A stretch of 64,000 nt of DNA from Chloroflexota bacterium (GTDB lineage Bacteria; Chloroflexota; Dehalococcoidia; Dehalococcoidales; UBA2162), in NCBI GenBank assembly GCA_043804635.1, contig JAZDIU010000085.1, positions 3,120 through 67,119 of the forward strand, read 5' to 3'. Within the stretch, counting starts at the first letter, position 1, and every line of letters begins with the position of its first letter. The notes below the pieces were generated by a model that saw only the letters and a list, made by a program, of their open reading frames with translations, searched no databases and had not been told where the DNA came from. Both the position numbers and the translations under genes were made by a program. This document shows, piece by piece, positions 19,189-28,208 of this stretch.

Positions 19189-20835
19189 ATGGGTAAAATA
19201 AACGGCGGTCGATTAGCGGTAAAAGCCCTCAAGAATGAGGGTGCGGGATGCGTTTTTGCCATATCCGGCGGACACGTCGAACCTCTTTTTCAGGGTTGTC
19301 TCGATGAAAAGTTAAAGTTGATTGACGTCCGGCACGAGCAGGCAGCGGCGCTGGCAGCCGAAGGCTGGGCAAGGGTTACCGGGCAACCAGGGATTTGCGT
19401 AGGTACGGCGGGCCCCGGTGTTACTAATCTCGTAACTGGCGTTTGGAACGCTTTTGAATGCCAGGTACCGATGATAGCTTTTGGCGGCAAGGCACCGCTC
19501 AGAGAATTCGACCTGGGTGCTCATCAGGAACTGGACTCGATAACGCTGATGAAGTCGATGACGAAGTGGCAGAAGACGTGCTACGAAACAAAGAGAATTC
19601 CGGAGTATGTGAGCATCGCCTACCGTCAGGCTCTTAGCGGCAGACCGGGTCCGGTATATCTTGAGATTCCCCAGGATATATTTATGTCTGAGGTAGAAGA
19701 GGGAGAAGTTGTATTTCCTAAGAACTATAGAACAACAGCACGGCCGCAGGGCGACCCGGCTATGGTGAAGAAAGCCGTCGATATGCTGTTGAATGCCAAG
19801 AAACCGGTGGTGGTTGCCGGCAGCGGTATCTGGTGGTCACGTGCGGAAAAAGAACTAAAAGAACTTATCGAACTTCTAAAGCTCCCGTTGATATTGATAC
19901 AGATGGCAAGAGGAGCCGTTCCGGAAGACCATCCGCTATGCTTCGGTCCTACTCGGGTTGGAACTAAAGATGCCGATGTTATTTTACTGATCGGGACCCG
20001 CCTTAATTACGGGCTTAATTTTGGCCGCCCCGGACTGTTTGGGACTGAGGGAAAATGGATACAGGTTGACATCGAACCTGAAGAGATTGGCCGGAATAGA
20101 CCTATCGATGTTGGTATCACTGGAGACGCCAAAGCCGTCCTCAGCCAGATGATAGCCGAAGCTCAAAGCAAAGCTAAGGGACGCAAAGAGCTGCCCTGGA
20201 TAGAAGAATGTAAGGCGTATGTAAAGGGTCGGCAACAGGCGCTCGAAGTCGAAATGAATTCTGATAGTGTGCCCATTCATCCGGCAAGGGTGTGCAAGGA
20301 AATACGTGACTTTATCGATAGAGATGCCATTATCGTTATGGATGGTGGGGACACTACGGTTTGGGGGGCGGCTGTCCTGAAGGCTTATGAGCCGGGACAA
20401 TGGCTCGATAATGGTCCTACAGGAAGTCTGGGTGTGGGTATACCCTACGCAATGGCGGCCAAGGTAGCTAAGCCGAACAAACAGCTTATCCTGCTTCACG
20501 GCGACGGTTCTTTCGGGCTGAACGCAATGGAATTCGATACTATGGTCAGGTACAACATCCCGGTGGTTTGCGTAATTGCTAACGATGAAGCCTGGGGGAT
20601 GACGATGCACGTTCAGCAAGGATGGGGTGAGGACAGAGTCATCGGAACACGCCTTGGATTCAGACCGTATGAAAAAATGATTGAAGGCCTCGGTGGTTAC
20701 GGGGAAGCGGTTGAGAAGCCGGAGGGAATTCGGCCGGCGTTGCAGAGAGCGTTTGCGTCAGGTAAACCAGCGGTTATCAACGTTAAGTGCGCCAGTCTTG
20801 CTCGAGCGGCACGGAGACGGCCGACTACTAAATAA
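19189..20835 (+). CDS. Thiamine diphosphate-dependent enzyme (acetolactate synthase / 2-hydroxyacyl-CoA lyase-like)
   Basis: VRHEQAA, TAGPGVTN, GRPGPVYLEIP, GDGSFG...ND ThDP motif. Confidence 0.9.
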   Translation: MGKINGGRLAVKALKNEGAGCVFAISGGHVEPLFQGCLDEKLKLIDVRHEQAAALAAEGWARVTGQPGICVGTAGPGVTNLVTGVWNAFECQVPMIAFGGKAPLREFDLGAHQELDSITLMKSMTKWQKTCYETKRIPEYVSIAYRQALSGRPGPVYLEIPQDIFMSEVEEGEVVFPKNYRTTARPQGDPAMVKKAVDMLLNAKKPVVVAGSGIWWSRAEKELKELIELLKLPLILIQMARGAVPEDHPLCFGPTRVGTKDADVILLIGTRLNYGLNFGRPGLFGTEGKWIQVDIEPEEIGRNRPIDVGITGDAKAVLSQMIAEAQSKAKGRKELPWIEECKAYVKGRQQALEVEMNSDSVPIHPARVCKEIRDFIDRDAIIVMDGGDTTVWGAAVLKAYEPGQWLDNGPTGSLGVGIPYAMAAKVAKPNKQLILLHGDGSFGLNAMEFDTMVRYNIPVVCVIANDEAWGMTMHVQQGWGEDRVIGTRLGFRPYEKMIEGLGGYGEAVEKPEGIRPALQRAFASGKPAVINVKCASLARAARRRPTTK

Positions 20836-20871
20836 TAGGGAGATACTCCAAATAGTAAGCGAGAAGTGTTC

Positions 20872-20900
20872 AAAGAGAGGGGCTTTAGCCCCTCTCTTAT
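20872..20900. repeat. REP-like palindrome, possible terminator
   Basis: AAGAGAGGGGCT-TT-AGCCCCTCTCTT. Confidence 0.6.
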
Positions 20901-20961
20901 TCTAATTCTAACGCAAGGAATCGGATTGAGGGCAGGGTTGTATTAAAAGGAGGTGTTCTTT

Positions 20962-21378
20962 ATGTCAATGGTTCCTATTAGAGAAGGGTTATTTACCGAA
21001 CCGTTAACTCCACCGGAACAGGTGAAACTAATCGGCAGCAAGTGCCAGCATTGCGGGGAGGTCTCTTTCGGTAAACGAATTGACTGTCCCAATTGTGCCA
21101 GCGGTGATTTGAAAATTATAGACCTCAGCCGGAAAGGAAAACTGTGGAGCTACACGGTCATCAGAAATAAGCCGCCAGGAGATTATAAAGGTCCGGAGCC
21201 ATTTTCTCCTTTCGGTCTTGGTTTAGTGGAACTACCGGAAGGAATACGGGTAGTAGCACCCATAGCAGTTGGCATAGATAAGTTGAAAGTTGGAATGGAT
21301 TTAGAGTTAGAAATATATAAGCTCTATAGTAATGAGACCGGTAATGACGTGATGGCGTTTAAGTTTAAACCGGTATAG
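20962..21378 (+). CDS. DUF35 Zn-ribbon/OB-fold acyl-CoA-binding protein (thiolase partner)
   Basis: CQHC...CPNC, GKLWSYT, GLVELPEG. Adjacent to the thiolase. Confidence 0.88.
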   Translation: MSMVPIREGLFTEPLTPPEQVKLIGSKCQHCGEVSFGKRIDCPNCASGDLKIIDLSRKGKLWSYTVIRNKPPGDYKGPEPFSPFGLGLVELPEGIRVVAPIAVGIDKLKVGMDLELEIYKLYSNETGNDVMAFKFKPV

Positions 21379-21387
21379 GGAGGGGCA

Positions 21388-22533
21388 ATGAAAGAAGTAG
21401 CGATAATCGGTGTCGGTATTCATAAATTTGGCCGGTTTGGCGATAAGTCTTACATTGATATAGGACAAGAAGCCGCCAAGATTGCACTTAAAGATGCTAA
21501 TTTGAACTGGCAGGATATACAGGCAGCGTATTTGTCTAAAATGTACCTACCGGCGACTTCCGGCGCAAGGATATTACGGCCGCTGGGAGCTACCGGTATC
21601 CCAATCTGTGATATCGAGGCAGCCTGTGCCAGCGGCGGGGCGGCTTTAAGACAGGCAATGCTTGGACTGCAATCCGGTGCTTTCGATATTTGTATGGTAC
21701 TAGGTGTAGAAAAAATGCCCAGAGGATTTATGGACCCTTCTATGATATTCGATAAATGGCAGATAGAAATGGGAATGGATACTAACCCTAGCTACTGGGC
21801 AATGAGAGCGCGGCGGCATATGTTTGAATATGGCACAACCGATTTGCATATCGCCAAAGTAGCTTTCAAAAACCATAAGAACAGTATCAACAATCCTTAT
21901 GCAATGTACCAGAAAGAGTTTACTATCGAGCAGATAATGGGTTCTCCGATGGTGTGCGACCCGATTCACTTGCTTGAGATATGTTCTCCGGACGAAGGTG
22001 CAGCGGCAGTAATACTTTGTGCGGCGAGCAAGGCACGCAAGTATACGAGTAAGCCGCTTAAGATAGCATCCTGCGTACATACCATTGCTTTATATTCGGC
22101 TGATTTCAGATGCCCGGTAGATTCATTGAGTGCAAAGATTGTGAATCCGGGACCGACCGAGGTTACATCAAAGAAAGCTTATGAAGCTGCCGGCATCGGG
22201 CCCGAGGAGATAGATTGCTTCGAAGTCCAGGATACTGATGCTTTTTGTGAAGTCGAAATTTATGAGGAGATAGGTCTTTGTAAATTCGGTGAGGCCGGGC
22301 GTCTCATAGATGAAGGGGCGACTAATATCGGCGGCAAGTACCCGGTGAATATGAGCGGCGGCTTAATCAGTAAAGGCGAGCCGGTCGGTGCTTCTCACGT
22401 GGGTCAGCTGGTCGAGATTGTGTGGCAGTTAAGGGGCGAAGCGGGAGCACGGCAGGTCGAAGGGGCTAAAGTAGGTATGGCTCACGTCCTGGGTGCCGGT
22501 GGTAACTGCGCGGTGACCATTTTAAAGAGATAA
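21388..22533 (+). CDS. SCP2-type thiolase family protein
   Basis: EAACASG, KNHKN...NPYA, CSPDEGAAA, EVQD, SGGLISKGEPVGAS. Confidence 0.9.
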   Translation: MKEVAIIGVGIHKFGRFGDKSYIDIGQEAAKIALKDANLNWQDIQAAYLSKMYLPATSGARILRPLGATGIPICDIEAACASGGAALRQAMLGLQSGAFDICMVLGVEKMPRGFMDPSMIFDKWQIEMGMDTNPSYWAMRARRHMFEYGTTDLHIAKVAFKNHKNSINNPYAMYQKEFTIEQIMGSPMVCDPIHLLEICSPDEGAAAVILCAASKARKYTSKPLKIASCVHTIALYSADFRCPVDSLSAKIVNPGPTEVTSKKAYEAAGIGPEEIDCFEVQDTDAFCEVEIYEEIGLCKFGEAGRLIDEGATNIGGKYPVNMSGGLISKGEPVGASHVGQLVEIVWQLRGEAGARQVEGAKVGMAHVLGAGGNCAVTILKR

Positions 22534-22558
22534 AACCGGAATATCCAACTTAACTGTT

Positions 22559-22587
22559 ATGTCATTCCAGCGAAGGCTGGAATCCAA
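22559..22587. repeat. GTCATTCC...GGAATCCA palindromic repeat
   Basis: GTCATTCCAGCGAAGGCTGGAATCCA. Relatives at about 47010-47140, 55630 and 60163. Confidence 0.65.
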
Positions 22588-22636
22588 TAGGTAAGGCGGT
22601 GTTTAATTATTGGTTATTTTGTAATTGGGGGTCAAA

Positions 22637-23818
22637 ATGGATTTCACTTTTACTCCTGAAGAAGAAGCTTTTCGAGAGGAAATACGAGCATTCTTGAGAC
22701 AGAATCCGCCTCAGAACTTCCCGGTGGATGGAGTGGACGCCGGGTTCGGATTCGGGAACTGGTCAAGTAAGTTCGCTCGTGCAGTGGCAGACAAAGGTTT
22801 GATATCCAAGTTTTGGCCTAAGGAGAATGGTGGCGAAGGGGCTTCTTTTATGGAACTCCTCATCAGAATGGAGGAGTTTGCTTATGCCGAAGCTCCGCTC
22901 TACTCGATAATGACCGGTGAAAGTGTTGCCCGACTTCTTATCAAGCATGGCAATGATTTTCTCAAGCGGGAATTCCTGCCTAAAATCGCTAAAGCTGAGA
23001 TTTTCCTGTGGCTGGCTTTTAGCGAGCCGAATGCTGGCTCCGACCTGCTGGCAGTAGAGACCAAAGCCGAAAAGGACGGGGATTATTACGTCATCAACGG
23101 GCAAAAGACCTGGAGCGCTAATGCTCATCTGGCTGATTTTGGTTATTTACTGGTAAGGACAGATTCTAACGTCCCACGTCACAAAGGACTGAGTATGTTT
23201 ATCCTGGATAAAAACGCTCCGGGTGTTACCGTACGGCCGCTTCTGAATTTAGAGGGTTACCGTTATCATAATGAAGTGTTTATGGATAACGTTAGGATTC
23301 ATAAAGATTATCTGGTCGGGGGAGAAAACCAGGGATTCTACCAGATGCTCGGGGGCCTGGACCACGATAGGTTCTGGGCGAGGTTCGTTAAAGCCCCGTT
23401 TTGTAAGAAAATTCTTGAGCAGATTGTAGATTACGTAAAGGAAACTAAGGATGGGGGCAAGCCATTAGGTCTTAATCCCCATTTCCGTCGTAGATTAGCC
23501 GAGATGGCAACAGAAACCGAATCGTGCCGTCTGCTTTTTTACCGGACTGCTTGGATGCTCCAAAAAGGACAGTCTCCCACGTATGAGGGGGTCCTGGCTA
23601 AGGCTTTTGCCGACGAGATGGGACAGCGTTTCTTCGGGTTGGGTGTGCAGGTATTGGGACTGTATCCCCGTCCAGGTGAAGACCCGAAGTGGGAAGCGTT
23701 AAGAAAGAAGCTCATCCACCTGTACCAGTTCAGTCTTGGTGTCAACCTGGCTGGTGGCACACCGGAGATTATGCGTAACACTGCTGCCATCAGAGGGCTG
23801 CGGATGCCGGTGGACTAG
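22637..23818 (+). CDS. Acyl-CoA dehydrogenase (alpha-type subunit of a tandem pair)
   Basis: MDFTFTPEEEAFREEIRAFL, FSEPNAGSDL, INGQKTWS, HKGLSMF, AGGTPEIMRN. Confidence 0.92.
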   Translation: MDFTFTPEEEAFREEIRAFLRQNPPQNFPVDGVDAGFGFGNWSSKFARAVADKGLISKFWPKENGGEGASFMELLIRMEEFAYAEAPLYSIMTGESVARLLIKHGNDFLKREFLPKIAKAEIFLWLAFSEPNAGSDLLAVETKAEKDGDYYVINGQKTWSANAHLADFGYLLVRTDSNVPRHKGLSMFILDKNAPGVTVRPLLNLEGYRYHNEVFMDNVRIHKDYLVGGENQGFYQMLGGLDHDRFWARFVKAPFCKKILEQIVDYVKETKDGGKPLGLNPHFRRRLAEMATETESCRLLFYRTAWMLQKGQSPTYEGVLAKAFADEMGQRFFGLGVQVLGLYPRPGEDPKWEALRKKLIHLYQFSLGVNLAGGTPEIMRNTAAIRGLRMPVD

Positions 23819-23832
23819 AGAAGGAGACTTGA

Positions 23833-24960
23833 ATGATAGATTTTGAGCTGACTGAAGAGCAGAAATTATTAAAAACAGCTGCCCGCGATTTTCTAACTGC
23901 AAAATGTCCGGATAGTCTGGTGAGAGCGATGAGAAAGGATGAATTCGGCTATCCCAAGCCGTTATGGCAGGAAATAGCCGGTATGGGTTGGGCGGGTCTT
24001 CTCGTCCCCAAAGAATACGGGGGTGAAGGCGGTGATTTTCTGGATTTCGGAATACTTATTGAAGAGATGGGTCGGGTTTGCCTGCCGGGTCCTTTTTTTG
24101 CTTCGGCGGTCTGTAGCGCCCTAATAATTTCCAAGGGTGGCAGCGAACAGCAAAAGCAGGAGCTTTTACCCAAAATAGCAGGTGGAGAGTCAATTACGGT
24201 CCTGGCTTTAACCGAGGGTAATGCAGAGGTAGTTCCCTCTTCTATTAAGACAAAGGCTGCGAGAAGCGGTTCTGCGTATGCTATTAAAGGGGTTAAATTT
24301 CCGGTGTCTTTTGCCAATACGGCTGACTATATTTTATGTGCCGCCCGGACTGGACGTAGTGCCAATGATATCTCCCTATTTCTTGTAAACTCGAATGAGC
24401 CTGGAGTTAAATGCAGTCCGACGGATGTTGTCAGCGGAGATAAGCAGTTTAAAATCGAGTTTAATGGGGTGAAAGTAAGCGGGGATAATTTGGTGGGTGA
24501 GCTTAACCAGGGGTGGGAGATTGTACAAAAAGTTTATCCCCAAATAGTTATTGCCAAATGTCTGGAGATGGTGGGCGGCGCCCAGAAAGTCTTGGAAATG
24601 ACTTTAGCCTATTGCTCAGCCCGCAAACAATTCGGGCATCTTATCGGTTCTTACCAGTCGATTCAGCATCACTGCGCCAATATGGTGCTCGCTATCGACG
24701 GTGCGAAATTCCTTACTTATCAAGCAGCCTGGATGCTGAGTAAGGGGTTACCCTGCGCTACCGAGGTAGCTATGGCTAAGTCCCGAATTAGCAAAGTGTA
24801 CCGGGAGGTCACTTTCTTATCGCATCAAATTCACGGGGCAGTGGCTTTCTGCGACGACCATGCTTTGCCTCTATATATCAGGCGGTCGATAGAAGCTGAA
24901 GAGATGTTCGGTAGCGTCGACAGCCAGCTTGAAACGGTTGCCCGGGGAATAGGTCTCTAG
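23833..24960 (+). CDS. Acyl-CoA dehydrogenase (beta-type subunit of a tandem pair)
   Basis: DFELTEEQ, PKEYGG, RKQFGHLIGSYQSIQH, HQIHGA. Confidence 0.9.
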   Translation: MIDFELTEEQKLLKTAARDFLTAKCPDSLVRAMRKDEFGYPKPLWQEIAGMGWAGLLVPKEYGGEGGDFLDFGILIEEMGRVCLPGPFFASAVCSALIISKGGSEQQKQELLPKIAGGESITVLALTEGNAEVVPSSIKTKAARSGSAYAIKGVKFPVSFANTADYILCAARTGRSANDISLFLVNSNEPGVKCSPTDVVSGDKQFKIEFNGVKVSGDNLVGELNQGWEIVQKVYPQIVIAKCLEMVGGAQKVLEMTLAYCSARKQFGHLIGSYQSIQHHCANMVLAIDGAKFLTYQAAWMLSKGLPCATEVAMAKSRISKVYREVTFLSHQIHGAVAFCDDHALPLYIRRSIEAEEMFGSVDSQLETVARGIGL

Positions 24961-24969
24961 GTTTATACG

Positions 24970-25665
24970 ATGAGTGTCGCCAGTCAGCTTTATGAGTTGC
25001 AGGAAATCGACCTAGAGCTTGAGACCAGCGAGCAAGCCAATAGTCAGCTTACCAGCCAGCTCGGGGAAAGTGAAGTACTAACCAACGCCCGGCAAAAACT
25101 TGCCCGGGAGCGTCAGCATCTTGAGGAACTGAAAAAAGAGCAGCGTTCTATAGAATGGGAAATAGATGATATTTCCGGCAAGCTGAAGGCAGGCGAAAAA
25201 GACCTGTATGGCGGGCGTATTACCAATTCCAAGGAGTTGGCTAGCTTACAGCACGAGATGAGCGGATTCAAAATCAGGCGGAGTCAACTGGAGGACAAGG
25301 AGCTGGCTCTGATGGAGCAGGTCGACATCGCCACAAAAGAGATTACTAAGCAGAATAAAGAAGTCGAGGCTCTGGAGGCCGAGGATGGCGAACAACATCA
25401 AAAGCTGAGGGCGGCACTTGAGCAAGTGAATATTGCCAAAGCCAGCCTCGAAAAGAGCCGCGAAGAACTGGTGGCTGATATCGACCCCCAGGCGCTGGCG
25501 GTCTATAACCAGCTTAAAAAGCAAAAGGGGACGGCGGTAGCAAAGGTGGAGCAGGGAATATGCCGAGGCTGCCGGATTTCTTTACCTCGTGGTGAGTTGC
25601 AGGCGGCAAGGGGCGAAGGACTGGTACGGTGCAACAGCTGCGGACGGATTCTATACCTGGCTTAA
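24970..25665 (+). CDS. Coiled-coil protein with C-terminal C4 zinc ribbon (DUF164-like)
   Basis: LYELQEID, long coiled coil, CRGC...CNSCGRILY. Confidence 0.88.
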   Translation: MSVASQLYELQEIDLELETSEQANSQLTSQLGESEVLTNARQKLARERQHLEELKKEQRSIEWEIDDISGKLKAGEKDLYGGRITNSKELASLQHEMSGFKIRRSQLEDKELALMEQVDIATKEITKQNKEVEALEAEDGEQHQKLRAALEQVNIAKASLEKSREELVADIDPQALAVYNQLKKQKGTAVAKVEQGICRGCRISLPRGELQAARGEGLVRCNSCGRILYLA

Positions 25666-25752
25666 ATCCGAAATCCGAAACAACTTTAGAGAACCATTCC
25701 GTTGAAAAACGGAATCCAGAACAATATTATGAACAATTACGTTACTAATGAT

Positions 25753-25789
25753 TCGTAAATCGTAAATCGTAAATCGTAAATCATAAATC
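25753..25789 (+). repeat. Tandem heptamer (TCGTAAA)x4 plus TCATAAA
   Basis: Direct reading. It abuts the rnhA start codon. Confidence 0.9.
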
Positions 25790-26203
25790 ATGAGATTAAG
25801 CAAGGTAATCATCAATACCGATGGCGCCTGTTGGGGTAATCCGGGACCGGGCGCCGTAGGTGCTATCTTGAAAGATGCCCGGGGCAAGGTTGTTGCCTCC
25901 GTATCCCGGGCAATCGGGCAGACGACCAATAACCAGGCAGAATATCGGGCGGTGATTGCCGCTCTGGAAACCGCCTTAGGACTTGGCGCTAGCATCATCG
26001 AGCTACGTTCTGATTCGGAACTGCTGGTCAGGCAAATCGATGGGGAATATCGGGTGAAAAATGTGTCTCTCAAACCGCTGCATCAGCGGGTAAAAGACCT
26101 GCAGAAACAGTTCAGCAGCTTTACCATCAAGCATGTACCGGATGAAGAAAATAGCGAGGCTCATAATCTGGCGAGTAAAGCTCTAAAAAAGCACTCTCTA
26201 TAA
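25790..26203 (+). CDS. rnhA: Ribonuclease HI family protein
   Basis: TDGACWGNPGP, TNNQAEY, SDSELLVRQ, HVP..N..A..LA. Confidence 0.9.
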   Translation: MRLSKVIINTDGACWGNPGPGAVGAILKDARGKVVASVSRAIGQTTNNQAEYRAVIAALETALGLGASIIELRSDSELLVRQIDGEYRVKNVSLKPLHQRVKDLQKQFSSFTIKHVPDEENSEAHNLASKALKKHSL

Positions 26204-26433
26204 ATCTATCCCGCAAAAGCCGAAATTCAGAAAGCTAAACGCTGACCGCCGATTGCTGACAGCTATGTTGTAAAAAGCGACAAGGTAAAGTTCACTCTTC
26301 ATTGTGAAGAGTGCCTAAGTGGGTTATACTACTGCCGACCTGAATAAGTTAGCAGGGGGAAAACCAGTTTTGGATGCTACCTTTAACACCCGTTATATCA
26401 TCTGTTGATGTTAATAAATAGAGGGAGTGGAAA

Positions 26434-26649
26434 ATGGCTGAAAGCGAGCTAGTCAAAAAAATACACGAATTATATGAAACTAAATATCAAGGAATATCTA
26501 GCGATGAGATAGAGATATATTTATTTGAGCAAAATCTGAAAGTGCTAGAGCAATTAGACAAAGAGACGAGAGCTCTAAACAGATATACAAAAGTTTTGAT
26601 TGGTTTAACTTTTGTTTTGGCAGTATCGGAATTAGTCAGAATATTCTGA
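26434..26649 (+). CDS. Small hypothetical protein with C-terminal TM helix
   Basis: RBS GGGAG; AT-rich ORF; hydrophobic C-terminus. Confidence 0.55.
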   Translation: MAESELVKKIHELYETKYQGISSDEIEIYLFEQNLKVLEQLDKETRALNRYTKVLIGLTFVLAVSELVRIF

Positions 26650-26723
26650 CCCTGAGGAAATGAATAATCGGAGAATGCCTAATGGCTAGGCAACGATTGA
26701 ACTTTACCAGCGACAAAATTTCC

Positions 26724-26753
26724 TTGACAAATATAGAACATAAGTACTATGAT
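26724..26753 (+). promoter_or_regulatory. Sigma70 promoter overlapping a putative LexA (SOS) box
   Basis: TTGACA-18-TATGAT. The spacer contains AGAAC-ATAA-GTACT, one mismatch from the GAAC-N4-GTTC box known for Firmicutes and Dehalococcoides LexA. Confidence 0.55.
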
Positions 26754-26796
26754 TTTTACTGCACAAATCTAGCACATTAAAAAGCTGTTTCCCCCG

Positions 26797-26943
26797 TGTG
26801 TTTTACATAACGCACAAAACAACTAGAAGCTAAATCCCTTACAATTAGCCTCTAGTTGTTTCTTGGAAAAAGATTTTAGCTGTGAAAACGAATACAAATA
26901 CGCTCGAATCAACCGGCTTCTACGTTGCTTTGTTTCAATTTTC
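26797..26943 (+). repeat. Dispersed structured non-coding element, copy 1 of 3
   Basis: TGTGTTTTACATAACGCAC, then hairpin AAACAACTAGAAGCTAA...TTAGCCTCTAGTTGTTT, then tail AATACGCTCG...TGCTTTGTTTCAATTTTC. Homologous to 48540-48620 and, inverted, to 55149-55275. Confidence 0.8.
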
Positions 26944-26999
26944 GGGTCATTGTTTTATCGGACATTAGTAGTTGTAGTATTTGTAGTATTTCCTATTCG

Positions 27000-28208
27000 C
27001 TATTCTTTGACCAGCGTTACAATCCCAAGCATTGCCACGAAGGCAAGAGCGGCGCCCAGATAAAACGGTGCTGAAGGATTGACAGCGTCCCAGAGCCACC
27101 CGGCGATGAGGCTCGCCGGAAGAAGAGTCAGGCTAACCAGCCCGTGATAAATGCCGTATGCCGTGCCGCGTTTTTCTTCTCTAACCAGGTCGGCAACAAA
27201 AGCTCGGGCGACCCCTTCCACTACTCCATAGTAGATTCCATAGCCGGCAAAAAGCAGCCATATTTGCCAGAGGTTCGATGCCAGGGCGAACCCAAGATAG
27301 ACCGCTGCGTAGATGAACCAGCCTACAGCAATGACCCGTCTTCTGCCCAGCCGGTCTGAAAGTACACCCATCGGGAAAGAAGTGAGAGCGTAGGTAGCAT
27401 TAAACAGGACCAGCATCAATGTAACCTGAATCAGAGGTGCTTCCAGGTTCTGTGCCCTGAGTATGATAAAGAAATCGCTGGAGTTTCCTAGAGTAAAAAT
27501 TCCCACGACTAACAGAAAGAGTTTAAACTTTCCATCCAAGCCAATGGCTCTGGTGGATTGAGGTGTTTTAGTGCCTTCGGCTGGCGAGTCTGCTTTTGCT
27601 TTCTCCCGGATAAAAATCAGTAGGACAGCTACGGCGAGTACTGCCGGAATTATCCCTATGATAATAAGCCATCGGTAGGTCTCCAGACCGAGCTTGAGCC
27701 CACCACCCTGGACTGTATATATGATTATGGCGGCGATGATTAAGCCGATAAGAGCACCGGTGGTGTCCATTGCCCGGTGCAAACCGAAGCCTCTCCCTCT
27801 TTTATTTTTGGGGATGGAGTCGGCAATCAAGGCATCCCGCGGTGCCGAGCGGATACCTTTGCCAATACGGTCGCTTACCCTGATGGAAAGGACGATGCCC
27901 CAGTTAGTCGCCAGGTACATAAATGGTTTAGCCAGTGTGGAGAGACTGTAACCTAACACTGTCGGCAGCTTGCGCCTGTTAAGTTTGTCACTCAACCAAC
28001 CGCTAACAATTCTAAAGCCGGCATCGATGCTATCGGAAAGACCACCGACTAGCCCAACGATAGTAGCTCCGGCTCCCAGCACGTTGGCTAGAAAGAGTGG
28101 GAGGAGGGTAAAAATCATCTCACTACTAATGTCGGTGAGCAGGCTGGTTACGCCCAGGAGAAAGACATTAGGATGAAGCCCGAAGAATGTTTTCGGTGGT
28201 TCTTTCAT
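27000..28208 (-). CDS. MFS transporter
   Basis: GWLSDKLNRRK, DRIGKGIRSAPRDALIADS, GVLSDRLGRR; about 12 TMs. Confidence 0.92.
   Translation of the reverse strand: MKEPPKTFFGLHPNVFLLGVTSLLTDISSEMIFTLLPLFLANVLGAGATIVGLVGGLSDSIDAGFRIVSGWLSDKLNRRKLPTVLGYSLSTLAKPFMYLATNWGIVLSIRVSDRIGKGIRSAPRDALIADSIPKNKRGRGFGLHRAMDTTGALIGLIIAAIIIYTVQGGGLKLGLETYRWLIIIGIIPAVLAVAVLLIFIREKAKADSPAEGTKTPQSTRAIGLDGKFKLFLLVVGIFTLGNSSDFFIILRAQNLEAPLIQVTLMLVLFNATYALTSFPMGVLSDRLGRRRVIAVGWFIYAAVYLGFALASNLWQIWLLFAGYGIYYGVVEGVARAFVADLVREEKRGTAYGIYHGLVSLTLLPASLIAGWLWDAVNPSAPFYLGAALAFVAMLGIVTLVKE

Noticed and set aside
25753-25789. CRISPR array
   Set aside because: These are 7-bp tandem units without spacers. No cas genes or repeat-spacer structure occur anywhere in the window.
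26204-26720. Possible rnpB (RNase P RNA), which often follows zinc-ribbon/RNase H genes
   Set aside because: The conserved GAGGAAAGTCC and terminal P4 motifs are not present.
26797-26830. Chromosomal dif site (TTATGTAAA resembles a XerD arm)
   Set aside because: No XerC-like arm at 6-bp spacing, and the motif occurs in more than one copy.
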